Source of the DNA: Candidatus Bathyarchaeia archaeon
GTDB taxonomy: Archaea > Thermoproteota > Bathyarchaeia > Bathyarchaeales > Bathycorpusculaceae
DNA: 53,196 bases
Direction of reading: 5' to 3'
Assembly: GCA_049969855.1 (NCBI GenBank)
Contig: JBMFOB010000009.1
Coordinates: 1 to 53,196, forward strand
Shown one piece after another: positions 10,402 through 19,847 of the stretch (its first letter is position 1; each line of letters starts with the position of its first letter). Made by a program: the position numbers and the translations under genes. The notes under the pieces were generated by a model. It was not told where the DNA came from. It did not search any database and worked only from the letters and a program-made list of their open reading frames with translations.

Positions 10402-11689
10402 AGGTTTTGGCAACTTCCTCCTAAAAGAGCTTAAAGAACTGGCAAGAGACCCTAAAATCTTGTTGGGAATGGTTATCGTCCCGCTAGTCATGTTTCCAGT
10501 CCTCGGCGGAATCATGGGCTACGCGGTGCAAACAGCCAAAGAACAAGCCCTAAAAGCCGCAATAGTTCTCGTGGATAACGATGGAGGATACTGGGCTCAC
10601 AATTTTACAGTTACTATTCAGAATTTGGGCGTTCAATTGTTTATTGAAAATGATGTGGAGTTGGATAACGAAAATGTTTCAAGGCTCTTGTCAAAATATA
10701 ATATCACACAGATTTTGGAAATCCCAAAAGGCTTTAATGAAACGGTCAACGAACACTTTAGCAATTCAAGCGTGACAGCTTCCGTGAGGTTTTACGGCGC
10801 CTTAATGGGCACAAGCGTCTTCGAAGGTGTTGGCTCTTCAGTGGTTGACGCTTTGGTTAACCAGTTTAATAGAGCCATAGCCCCAGACGTTTTGTACGCT
10901 GAAAAATCAGCAATTGTAAAGGGTGAAATTAAGTATGGTGTTGACCCAGCCATGCTTTCTGGATTGTTAATGTCCCAGTCCATTGCTTTGCCTATTACAA
11001 TAATCATTTTGCTCATGTATGCCGTGCAAATTGCCGCCACTTCGGTAGCCATGGAAAAAGAGGAGAAAACCCTTGAGACACTTTTAACTTTGCCCATGGA
11101 CCGCCTTGCAATACTCTTGGGAAAGCTTTCTAGCTCCATTATTGTTGCGGCTGTGGGGGCTGTTGCCTACATGACTGGCTACAGCTATATGCTGGGCTCC
11201 GTCATGTCTGGACTTCCAACTGGCGTGAGTTTAGATTTGGCTGCTTTGGGGCTTGTTCCATCACTTTTCGGCTATTTGCTTTTGGGTTTAACGCTTTTTG
11301 TCACTATGCTTTCAGTATTGGCTTTAGCCGTCATAATATCGGCTTTTGCAGAAGATGTTAGAAGCGCCCAGTCCCTCGTCAGTTACATTTATCCGCTTGT
11401 TTTCATCCCATCCATCGCTCTAATATACTTGGACATTAACACCCTGCCATATGCCCTAAGACTGGTTTTATTTGCCATTCCCTTCAGCCACCCAGTCATA
11501 GCCTCAAAAGCCGTTTTGATGGGAGACTACTGGACTGTTGTTTTTGGCATAATCTATGTTTCAGCCTTCACACTGATTGTCATGTACGCAGCCTCAAGGC
11601 TCTTTGCAACAGAGAAAATCCTAACAGCAAAACTAAAGTTTAGAGGTTTAGGGCGACGCAGAAAAGCAGTGGCTGAGGAGATTTCGTAA
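10394..11689 (+). CDS. ABC-2 transporter permease (NatB-like)
   Basis: KELKELARD, EKEEKTLETLLTLP, multiple TM helices; likely TTG start overlapping the ATPase stop. Confidence 0.9.
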   Translation: MLKGFGNFLLKELKELARDPKILLGMVIVPLVMFPVLGGIMGYAVQTAKEQALKAAIVLVDNDGGYWAHNFTVTIQNLGVQLFIENDVELDNENVSRLLSKYNITQILEIPKGFNETVNEHFSNSSVTASVRFYGALMGTSVFEGVGSSVVDALVNQFNRAIAPDVLYAEKSAIVKGEIKYGVDPAMLSGLLMSQSIALPITIIILLMYAVQIAATSVAMEKEEKTLETLLTLPMDRLAILLGKLSSSIIVAAVGAVAYMTGYSYMLGSVMSGLPTGVSLDLAALGLVPSLFGYLLLGLTLFVTMLSVLALAVIISAFAEDVRSAQSLVSYIYPLVFIPSIALIYLDINTLPYALRLVLFAIPFSHPVIASKAVLMGDYWTVVFGIIYVSAFTLIVMYAASRLFATEKILTAKLKFRGLGRRRKAVAEEIS

Positions 11690-11735
11690 AGCTTTTCCAT
11701 TAAACCGCACTAATTTGCAATTAGGCGACTAAAAC

Positions 11736-12839
11736 ATGGGTATCCAACAAATTGAAGTTTATCTTGTAACCCTACGCTATAGGGAACCTTTTAGAATTGC
11801 TCCAGAAGCCCACACAGAAAGCCAAAACATAATCGTAAAAATAGTTACAGATTACAATGTAATCGGTTGGGGAGAATCTTCACCATCAAAGAGAGTAACC
11901 GGCGAAACAGCGGAAACCGTTATAAACGTTATTGATAAAATTGCGCCAAAACTTATCGGAATGTGCCCCTTAAGAATTGAGCAAACAGTCGAAGCTATGG
12001 ATTCAATTGTAAAGGATAATCCAGCCGCAAAAGCAGCCATAGACATAGCCTTACATGACATTATAGGAAAAACAGCCCGCAAACCCCTCTTCATGCTGAT
12101 GGGCGGATACCGCACACAAGTATTAACAGACATCACGCTGGGAATAAAATCTCCAAAAGAAATGGCTAAAGACGCCGAAAAAGCCATTAAAAGAGGCTTT
12201 AAAGCCTTAAAAGTGAAAGTAGGCGTCAACCTAACCGAAGATGTTGAAAGAATTAGACTTATCCGAGAGGCGGTTAGCGAAGACGCTCAAATAAGAATTG
12301 ATGCAAACCAAGGGTGGACGCCAAAACAAGCCATAGAAGCCCTAAACAAAATGGAAAAGTTCAACATCCAATTCGCCGAACAACCAGTCCCAGCAGAAAA
12401 CCTGAAGGGCTTAATAGAGGTTAAGCGAAACTCGCCCATACCAATAATGGCAGACGAAAGCATCCACTCGCCACAAGACGCCATACGCCTAATAAAAGCA
12501 GAAGCAGTAGACCTAATAAACATAAAACTAATGAAAAGCGGAGGAATACTGAAAGGAAGAAAAATAGCAGAAATCGCCGAAGCCGCAAGCATACCATGCA
12601 TGATAGGATGCATGGGAGAATCAGAAATAGGCATAGCCGCAGGAGCCCACTTAGCTGCAGCAGTCAAGAACATACAATACGCAGACTTGGACTCAGACCT
12701 TCTATTGAAGGATAAACTTGTCAAAAAGGGCGGAACAAAAATAAAAAATTCCATGCGCACATTTCCAAGACAGAACGGGTTAGGCATAAAAGAAATTGAT
12801 GAAAAACTTTTGGGAAAGCCGAAAAAGATTTACAAATAA
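11736..12839 (+). CDS. Dipeptide (L-Ala-D/L-Glu) epimerase, enolase superfamily
   Basis: KVKVG, DANQG, EQP, DES, KLMKSGG, DLD. Confidence 0.9.
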   Translation: MGIQQIEVYLVTLRYREPFRIAPEAHTESQNIIVKIVTDYNVIGWGESSPSKRVTGETAETVINVIDKIAPKLIGMCPLRIEQTVEAMDSIVKDNPAAKAAIDIALHDIIGKTARKPLFMLMGGYRTQVLTDITLGIKSPKEMAKDAEKAIKRGFKALKVKVGVNLTEDVERIRLIREAVSEDAQIRIDANQGWTPKQAIEALNKMEKFNIQFAEQPVPAENLKGLIEVKRNSPIPIMADESIHSPQDAIRLIKAEAVDLINIKLMKSGGILKGRKIAEIAEAASIPCMIGCMGESEIGIAAGAHLAAAVKNIQYADLDSDLLLKDKLVKKGGTKIKNSMRTFPRQNGLGIKEIDEKLLGKPKKIYK

Positions 12840-12874
12840 CTAAAAGCTATTAAAATGCAAGGAGCAAAAACCAT

Positions 12875-13864
12875 TTGGTTTCCCTTAGGGCTTTAGCGCC
12901 CTCTTTAACACGCATCACAGTCGCCGCAGCCGTGGGAGCCGCATTGCACATTGGACAAGGCGACACAGACCTAATAGATGCAAAAGCTGTTGAATTTTCA
13001 AGAGCCGTTCTAGCCCAAACAGACGTGGACGGCGAAGTAATCGCATGCGAAGGACCAAAAGATAATGCACCAGCCTTTATGCACAGAGAAAAAGTTGGAA
13101 CCGGAAAAGGTCCAAAAGTGGAGTTTGTCATAGACCCAGTTGACGGAAGCACAGCCGCATCAAAAGGCAGAAAAGACGCCATTTCCGCCCTCGCTTGTGC
13201 GCCAGCTGGCTGTTTTCAGGTTCTTCCAGATGACGGATACTATTTCAAAGTGGCAACCGATTACCATTCTATTGGCAAAATTTCCCTCGACATGCCCATA
13301 GAAGAAATTGTGCGCACAGTTGCCAAAGAAAAAAGTTTACCCCTCGAAAACTTCACAGTCATAATGTTGGAACGAGAAAGACACTTAGAAATCCTAAAAA
13401 CCCTCAGAAAATTGGGAGTAAGAATAATTTTGATTCCAGACGGCGACATAGCCGCAGCCGTCGCCACATGCATCCCAAGCTCAGGCGTCGACCTCCTCAT
13501 AGGCGCAGGCGCCGGACCAGAAGCCACAATCGCAGCAACAGCCGTAAAATGCTTAGGCGGAACAATGCTTGTAAAAGTTTGGAAAGACAAAAAAGACGAC
13601 CAAAAAAGACTGGAAAGACTAAAAAGCGAAGGCGTTGACACAGAAAAAGTTTACAACCAAGAAGAGTTAGCGAAAGGAAACGAACTGGTTTTTGCAGCTT
13701 CAGGCGTAACAAAAGGCGAACTCTTAGACGGAGTCCGCTTCACTCCAAACGGAGCCATAGTAAACTCCCTATGCATGAGATTGCCAAGCGGAACAGTGGA
13801 AAAATCAGAAACAACCCTAAAATTTAAAGCCCACCCAATCTACAAACACTTCATAATAAAATAA
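12875..13864 (+). CDS. glpX: Class II fructose-1,6-bisphosphatase-like protein (divergent)
   Basis: DPVDGST, RERH, DGDIAAA, GPEATIAA, FAASGVTKGELLDGV. Confidence 0.85.
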   Translation: MVSLRALAPSLTRITVAAAVGAALHIGQGDTDLIDAKAVEFSRAVLAQTDVDGEVIACEGPKDNAPAFMHREKVGTGKGPKVEFVIDPVDGSTAASKGRKDAISALACAPAGCFQVLPDDGYYFKVATDYHSIGKISLDMPIEEIVRTVAKEKSLPLENFTVIMLERERHLEILKTLRKLGVRIILIPDGDIAAAVATCIPSSGVDLLIGAGAGPEATIAATAVKCLGGTMLVKVWKDKKDDQKRLERLKSEGVDTEKVYNQEELAKGNELVFAASGVTKGELLDGVRFTPNGAIVNSLCMRLPSGTVEKSETTLKFKAHPIYKHFIIK

Positions 13865-13906
13865 CTTAGAAATAGTGGGACGAGATAAAGGAAGGCATTT
13901 TATGGT

Positions 13907-15646
13907 TTATAGTCTTCTTTTATGAAGCTTTTTGCGAACAATGTAAAGTACGAATGTTATGGTTATTGCAATCGCAATCAGAACTGCAATCAGTATTAGG
14001 AATCCAATTGTTGACCATATTGATGGCGGGTAATCCGCTAAAATTATATTTTTGGAGGTGGTCGCTGTAACGGAAACTGGTTCTGTTGCACTGGCTTTGA
14101 CAACTGTGAGCCAGTAGTCGGAAACGTAGTGTGCCTCTATCTTGTAATCTCCTGGCGGTAGTTTAAAAAGCGCTTTACCCGTGGCATCAGTTGTGTCCAA
14201 ACCAAATCCGACACCCGATTGTGTATAAACAATCACGTATGCTCCGTGAATTGGTATTCCATTGTTTCCAAAAACCTGCACTGTAAGTTGATACACTTGT
14301 GTTTTTATCGTGTATGGACCATTCGTGTCTACATGCATTGTTGTTTGTGCAACTACTATATCTTTCCATAGAACGGTAAAGCCGTAGTTTCCAGACAGGA
14401 CATGTGTGAGGTTAATGAAACCGCTTGTTGAGGTGTATTGAGGAATAGTTTCGGTTGTGCCGTTCGGCCATGTTATGTAAACCTGCGCCTCAGGCAGAGG
14501 GGCGTCTGTGTCGTCGGTTACCAGGAAAGTCGGGTCGTAATATACGATAATACCTATGGCAAACGTGTACGTATCTTCTTCGATGAATGGGTCAAATGTG
14601 CCTGTGTCGATATTGTTGTAATATCCATTATTATCGATGACTGTTACGATTACCGTGTAATTGCCTAAATTGGCGCTTGAGGGGTAAGACCAGTTAGCCT
14701 CATAAATGTGTGCGTAGTTTACAGCCCATTGCCCATCAGATGTTCTCACCATATCCATATTGTTAATTACATGTGTGCCTGTTGGATCTATGACGGTTAG
14801 GTTAACTTTGTATACGTCGTATCCTCCAAAGGGATCTGTAACATTAGTTCGGATAATTACATTGCGTTGGCTCTCACTCCAATTGTAGTAAAACAATGTT
14901 GTCTCCGAGTTGTCAACAGTATACGTTTTTATAGAGGATGGTCTGGCATAATCTTCCGCTGGTAGAATCACTTTACTTGGATAAAGCGGAGAATCGTACC
15001 ATATCCTTGTGTCTGTTGAAGAACCAGCATTAACCTCCACATGAACATGAACTGTTGTTCCAGCGGTGAATGTGTGCGTAAGCGATGTTGAAAGGTTGTA
15101 ATTGTACACTGGCACATCTACGTATGAGCCTATGCTGCTCGTCACTGTCGGGTTGAGGGCTCCTGAATCCCAAAGAACTACTCCACCAACCGTAATTTCT
15201 CTAAATTGAACTGTGAAAATTGTTGGTTTGTAGGCGGAGGCGTTAGCCCATATGAAAACTTGCCATGTGCCATTCAACGTAACAGATCCTGCAAGATTTG
15301 GATATAAGTAGAAGTCAACAGCAATTTTTGGCAGACCAACTTCCTTATAAAATGAGTTTGCATAAGCTTCCTCTTGACTCATGAATCGGAACGCTCTTGT
15401 CGTGTTAACAATATACTTCGTCTCTAAGCCCGCCACAGTTACTGGCACATCAGAATAGTGAAAGTAGAATTCCATTGGTTTAGCCACACTGGAATAAGCT
15501 GACTTAACAGGTGCAACATTGCTGGCGAATAGAACTGCCAGAAGAACTGCAACTAATACACATACACCAGTCAAAGCTTTACCTTTTTTCGCTACCTCTA
15601 TTCTCAACATAACATCTCCTTTAAAGTAACATTTAAAATGATTCAT
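13907..15646 (-). CDS. Cell-surface protein with beta-rich/carboxypeptidase-regulatory-like repeats
   Basis: Signal peptide, T/V/Y/N-rich beta domains (TTDATGKALFKLPPGDY), C-terminal TM plus basic tail. Confidence 0.8.
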   Translation of the reverse strand: MNHFKCYFKGDVMLRIEVAKKGKALTGVCVLVAVLLAVLFASNVAPVKSAYSSVAKPMEFYFHYSDVPVTVAGLETKYIVNTTRAFRFMSQEEAYANSFYKEVGLPKIAVDFYLYPNLAGSVTLNGTWQVFIWANASAYKPTIFTVQFREITVGGVVLWDSGALNPTVTSSIGSYVDVPVYNYNLSTSLTHTFTAGTTVHVHVEVNAGSSTDTRIWYDSPLYPSKVILPAEDYARPSSIKTYTVDNSETTLFYYNWSESQRNVIIRTNVTDPFGGYDVYKVNLTVIDPTGTHVINNMDMVRTSDGQWAVNYAHIYEANWSYPSSANLGNYTVIVTVIDNNGYYNNIDTGTFDPFIEEDTYTFAIGIIVYYDPTFLVTDDTDAPLPEAQVYITWPNGTTETIPQYTSTSGFINLTHVLSGNYGFTVLWKDIVVAQTTMHVDTNGPYTIKTQVYQLTVQVFGNNGIPIHGAYVIVYTQSGVGFGLDTTDATGKALFKLPPGDYKIEAHYVSDYWLTVVKASATEPVSVTATTSKNIILADYPPSIWSTIGFLILIAVLIAIAITITFVLYIVRKKLHKRRL

Positions 15647-15747
15647 ACATCAACTGTTAAACATTGTTAACATCAAATTCTGATTCAAATTCAGAATTCT
15701 CAATTCACAACGAAAACTTACATTTAAATCTTACAATTTTAAGATGC

Positions 15748-16031
15748 CTATTTTCTCTTTCGCACAACGTGCGCGTGATAAATGAGAACTTGTTGGGGTT
15801 GCCATTTTATCTTAATTTGAACTGTTATCGGCTTTGTTCCTTCATAGACTATTGCATATATTTGAAGTGGTTTGGTTTGTCGTGTTCGCTTATCCATTTG
15901 CCATATCTTACTTGTCCTTCAATCCATTCTCTGCTTGCAAAGCTTCTATGCACCCTTATCCATCTGATTGGTTGGGAAGCAAGTTTTATTGGACCGAGGT
16001 AGCATCGTTTTCGTGGCTGGAATCGGAACAT
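15748..16031 (-). pseudogene. Small basic hypothetical protein split by a 1-nt frameshift
   Basis: ORF 15849-16031 continues as IYAIVYEGTKPITVQIKIKWQPQQVLIYHAHVVRKRK* if one A is added to TTCAAATATATG near 15861; 94 aa when joined. Confidence 0.45.
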
Positions 16032-16155
16032 AGATACTATTTAGTGTGGCTTATGGCATTTGTGTTTAATGATAAAGAATATTGGAATATTCCAAAATTT
16101 AAATATCCCAACAACAACATAAGAGAGTAAGAGACGGAGAGACTGTGAGTAAATT

Positions 16156-16716
16156 ATGATTGAAAGAACGGAGATAAGAAAGAACCGAAGAGGCGAAGAA
16201 TCAGACGAAATTCTACTGGAGACTATAAAACAGTTTCCAGGGCTTTCTCAATATGAATTGGGGAAAAAGCTGGGATGGAAGACTGGCCGCATTGATGGTT
16301 CAATAAGGAGGCTTTTGAACGAAGAGAAAATTGTAATTAAAGTTTTGGAAAGGAATGGTAGACGAGTAAATCTTGTTTATCCAAAGGAGGAAAAGCCTAA
16401 AGACGTAATAGAAGTATCAGTCGAACTACTGGAAGCAGCCAACCCTGCATGGAATGAATATGCTTACGTTTATGCATTAGACAGTTCTACAATAGGGATT
16501 TCTGGCAGCGAAATGCCAGAATGGGAAGAAATCTCTTGTTTTCTGGAAAAGATTCCGATACAAAAAGCTGAGAACAAAATACTGCTGAAAATTCCAGAAA
16601 AGTTCTGGCGCTTCTACAATATGGAAAGAAAACATAGCGTAATATCAATAAACGGAAACAACATCTTAATAACTGTCGCAGGAAATATTATTGAAGAAAA
16701 AAGATATCCAGCCTAA
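16156..16716 (+). CDS. wHTH-domain hypothetical protein
   Basis: ILLETIKQFPGLSQYELGKKLGWKTGRIDGSIRRL helix-turn-helix. Confidence 0.75.
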   Translation: MIERTEIRKNRRGEESDEILLETIKQFPGLSQYELGKKLGWKTGRIDGSIRRLLNEEKIVIKVLERNGRRVNLVYPKEEKPKDVIEVSVELLEAANPAWNEYAYVYALDSSTIGISGSEMPEWEEISCFLEKIPIQKAENKILLKIPEKFWRFYNMERKHSVISINGNNILITVAGNIIEEKRYPA

Positions 16717-16849
16717 CTATTTGTAAAATTTAAACAACAAGACTATTTCTCAGTTCCTTGTATTGATTGCCGAATTGAAAAAAGCTTGCCTTTTGCTCCA
16801 TTTTTGCGAAACCGCTACTTAAACAGCGCTTTGAAATTGCCTAAAAATG

Positions 16850-17019
16850 TGGGGCCGGTCGGATTTGAACCGACGACCTTTCCCCGGAAACAGCGCTTGG
16901 CTATTCCTACGGGTTTCTTCTTTGACCGCTCCAGAACTTCTTCATTCCGCATTGCGGTCCGCAAACCCGTTTTGTTGCATTCTGGAGCCCGTCGTCATAC
17001 CTTCCTAGACTACGGCCCC
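16850..17019 (-). tRNA. tRNA-Trp(CCA) with two introns (37/38 at 16915-16981; about 43/44 at 16880-16908)
   Basis: Acceptor GGGGCCG/CGGCCCC, ACGGG-CTCCAG|A-CCCGT, T arm GTCGG-TTCAAAT-CCGAC; removing 67 and 29 nt leaves a 74-nt cloverleaf. Confidence 0.9.
16915..16981 (-). ncRNA. Intron-encoded box C/D-type guide RNA in pre-tRNA-Trp
   Basis: Guides ACGGGTTT and TTCTGGAGC are complementary to the host anticodon arm; D'-like CGGA and C'-like ATGAAGA; outer C/D boxes degenerate. Confidence 0.7.
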
Positions 17020-17101
17020 TGCTGTCTTTTGAAGCATTAGATTTACTGGAAGGATAAAATATATGCGTTATTCTTTTTTATAGGAAAGTTGGGGATCGGC
17101 G

Positions 17102-18031
17102 ATGGCTTGGCTTTTGAAGAAGGAAATTAGGCGAGAACTGCCGGAAGAGTGGGGCGGGATAGTTCCAACAGAGATTTTCTTGCGGGAGTCTGAAGAAATT
17201 GTTGAACGGGCTAAGCAAGAGGGCTTGATTCTGAGGATTTTGGGTGGTCTTGGCATAGCCATGCATTGTCGAGAATATAGAGATTTTGCGCAGAAATTGG
17301 GCAGGATTGGCACTGGAGTTTTGGAGGGACAAGAGTATAGTGATATTGATTTTGTTTCTTACAGCAGTTATAGGGAAAAGGTGAAGAATTTCTTTGATAA
17401 AATTGGGTATGTGAAGAGGAAGGCAACACTTTCTACAGCTGCGTCTCAAAGGCAAATCTATTATCATCCAAAGGGCTGGTTTTATGTGGATGTCTTCTTT
17501 GACAAGTTGTTGGTTGCAAATCACCCCATTGATTTTAGGGGAAGATTGGAGCTTGATTATCCCACAATCGCTGTGACGGATATGCTTTTGGAAAAGTTGC
17601 AGATTTGGGAAGCCTTCAGCATAAAAGACCTAAAAGACTGTTTGCTTCTGCTAAAAGCTCATGACATAAGAGAAGAAAGCGCAAAAGAAAGCGTAGACGC
17701 CTCATACATTGCAAAACTCTTAGCCCAAGACTGGGGATTCTATTACACAGCCACAATGAACCTTAAAAAAATCAAAACATTCCTTTCAGAAATAGAAAAG
17801 CTTGGCCAAGAAGCAAAAATAGACCCAAAACAAGTCAAAAAGGAAGATAGGGAAGAGATAACTCAAAAAATAAACAAGTTATTGGAGATTGTAGAGAAAG
17901 AGCCGAAATCTTTAGGGTGGAAAATGCGAGCGAAAATAGGGACAAAGAAAAGATGGTATAACCATGTGGAACGCCCAGAAACGGTTGGCGGCTTCGGAAT
18001 ATGGGAAGTCATACTCAAAGAAAAAGGCTAA
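17102..18031 (+). CDS. Nucleotidyltransferase-fold hypothetical protein
   Basis: LGGLGIAMH...YSDIDF...VDVF...KDLKD pattern. Confidence 0.7.
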   Translation: MAWLLKKEIRRELPEEWGGIVPTEIFLRESEEIVERAKQEGLILRILGGLGIAMHCREYRDFAQKLGRIGTGVLEGQEYSDIDFVSYSSYREKVKNFFDKIGYVKRKATLSTAASQRQIYYHPKGWFYVDVFFDKLLVANHPIDFRGRLELDYPTIAVTDMLLEKLQIWEAFSIKDLKDCLLLLKAHDIREESAKESVDASYIAKLLAQDWGFYYTATMNLKKIKTFLSEIEKLGQEAKIDPKQVKKEDREEITQKINKLLEIVEKEPKSLGWKMRAKIGTKKRWYNHVERPETVGGFGIWEVILKEKG

Positions 18032-18081
18032 AAGGCTTTTTGAAGCGAAAAGTTAATGAGCAAAGGCTTAACGTGTATTCT

Positions 18082-18207
18082 GGGGTTTGCCGGCCATAGG
18101 GCACGGGACCCACCTGATCCCATTCCGAACTCAGAAGTTAAACCGTGCTCCGTTTCCGGTTGTAGTGTGGTCTTCGGCCACGCGAACCCGGGAAAGCTGG
18201 CAGCCCC
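18082..18207 (+). rRNA. rrf: 5S rRNA (stand-alone)
   Basis: CGGCCATAG, CACCTGATCCCATTCCGAACTCAGAAGTTAAAC, terminal GGGG/CCCC stem. Confidence 0.95.
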
Positions 18208-18287
18208 ACTTAAAATTGGTGTTTAAATTTGGAGGGGAATTACCTAAAATTTATAACTAAGCGTTTGATAGTTTTTGGAAAGGTGAG

Positions 18288-19421
18288 TTGGTAGTAGTGT
18301 TTGAGTTGATGTTGGTCTTGGGAATAGTGTTGCTGCAGATTGATTTATCCCAGATTATAAGCCTACTTTACATCATTTTCTTCGTAGTTTTCATATTTTA
18401 TGGACAGAGAATCCAACTGCAGGTTACGCTTAGGGAAGTTGAAGGCTCCCTTTATAAACTGAAATACATAAAGGATGAAGGAAGAAAAATAGCCATAGAA
18501 ACAATCAAGGAAATAGGCAAACCGCAGACGGAACCAACCAGCAGAGTTGACAGATTCTTGGAATACTTCACAATATCACCACAAAGCCTTGACCCAGCCG
18601 GCGTTGTGTGGAAGCTTGAACACATCCTTGATGTTAGAGATACACGCTTTAAGGATGAAGTAAAGCTTATGGCTCCAGCAGCGGATGAAACGCAAGCAAA
18701 CAATTTAGAAAACACTTTAGAGGCGGCAATGGCGTTAAACTATATTTACAAGGTGATTAGGCATTATTATTTGCTTGGCAAGAAAACATTAAGCCTCTAT
18801 GTTATAATGCAGTTGCAAATGATTTTACCCCTAGTCATGCGGGAAGCAGAAGCCTACGCCAGCGCATTAAAAGCCTTCGCTTATGGTCAACCAATAGGCG
18901 ACGGTGCAGGAGCCATGGTGGCAGCAAAACTTATGCATGGACATGAATTAAGAAAACTGCCAAAAGACTGTGTTGTCGCAACAGTGCCAATAGAGGGACG
19001 CACAGCTTATGTTGTCAAAGCCGAAGGACCAGGAGGAAACGTTGGCAAAATTGGAGACGCCATTAAAACGCTGATAGAGGAAAATGAGGGAAAAATCGCC
19101 ACAATAGTTATGGTTGACGCTGCCTTGAAGCTTGAAGGCGAAAGTGTCGGCGAAGTTGCTGAGGGTGTTGGAACAGCCATAGGCGGACCAGGAGTTGACC
19201 AATTCAAAATTGAAGAATCAATTTTAAAGTATCGCATACCAATAAACGCCGTAATAATAAAAGAGGACATTGGCGATGCGGTTTCACCGATGCGCAAAGA
19301 AATTTTTGACTCTGTTGACAATGCCATTGAAAGGATAAAGCATGTTATCTTGGAAAGAACTAAAGAGGGAGATAAAGTGATAATTGCTGGGGTGGGCAAT
19401 ACTATTGGTATTGGACAGTAG
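18288..19421 (+). CDS. DUF1512-family protein
   Basis: DPAGVVWKLEH, PIGDGAG, VDAALKLEGE, GVGNTIGIGQ; N-terminal TM. Confidence 0.85.
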   Translation: MVVVFELMLVLGIVLLQIDLSQIISLLYIIFFVVFIFYGQRIQLQVTLREVEGSLYKLKYIKDEGRKIAIETIKEIGKPQTEPTSRVDRFLEYFTISPQSLDPAGVVWKLEHILDVRDTRFKDEVKLMAPAADETQANNLENTLEAAMALNYIYKVIRHYYLLGKKTLSLYVIMQLQMILPLVMREAEAYASALKAFAYGQPIGDGAGAMVAAKLMHGHELRKLPKDCVVATVPIEGRTAYVVKAEGPGGNVGKIGDAIKTLIEENEGKIATIVMVDAALKLEGESVGEVAEGVGTAIGGPGVDQFKIEESILKYRIPINAVIIKEDIGDAVSPMRKEIFDSVDNAIERIKHVILERTKEGDKVIIAGVGNTIGIGQ

Positions 19422-19427
19422 GGGGAG

Positions 19428-19847
19428 ATGAAAATGGGTAAGGCTTCAGCGTCTACGGCAACAAAAATTTCTTCATTCGTGTTGATGATAATTTTTGTAA
19501 CTTTGGCATTGTCTCTAACAGTTCTGATAGTAGCCATAAACGCTTTTGTCACTGAACAAGAAGTTTTCGCAGGATACCTATTGCTGATAGGGTTCTTAGG
19601 CGTAGCCTTTTCCACATATTTACTGTTTCAAACAAGAAGGCGGATAATGAGTTTAAGAATTGAAGTTCCATCGATAACAACTACGATTGAGTGCAGAAAA
19701 TGCGGCTTTAAGAGCGTTAGAGAGTTCCAGCGGGGCGATTACATTTTTAAGGAAGTTGACCCATGCCAAAAATGCAACGAGAAAATGTTGATAACAGCAA
19801 TTTACAGAGAAGTCAGAGAAAAGGAAAGGGAACACTTCCCCTTCTAA
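19428..19847 (+). CDS. Two-TM protein with C-terminal Zn ribbon
   Basis: Two hydrophobic helices then CRKC...REFQRGDY...CQKC...ITAIY. Confidence 0.8.
   Translation: MKMGKASASTATKISSFVLMIIFVTLALSLTVLIVAINAFVTEQEVFAGYLLLIGFLGVAFSTYLLFQTRRRIMSLRIEVPSITTTIECRKCGFKSVREFQRGDYIFKEVDPCQKCNEKMLITAIYREVREKEREHFPF

Noticed and set aside
16786-17040. 84-aa plus-strand ORF
   Set aside because: Antisense to tRNA-Trp
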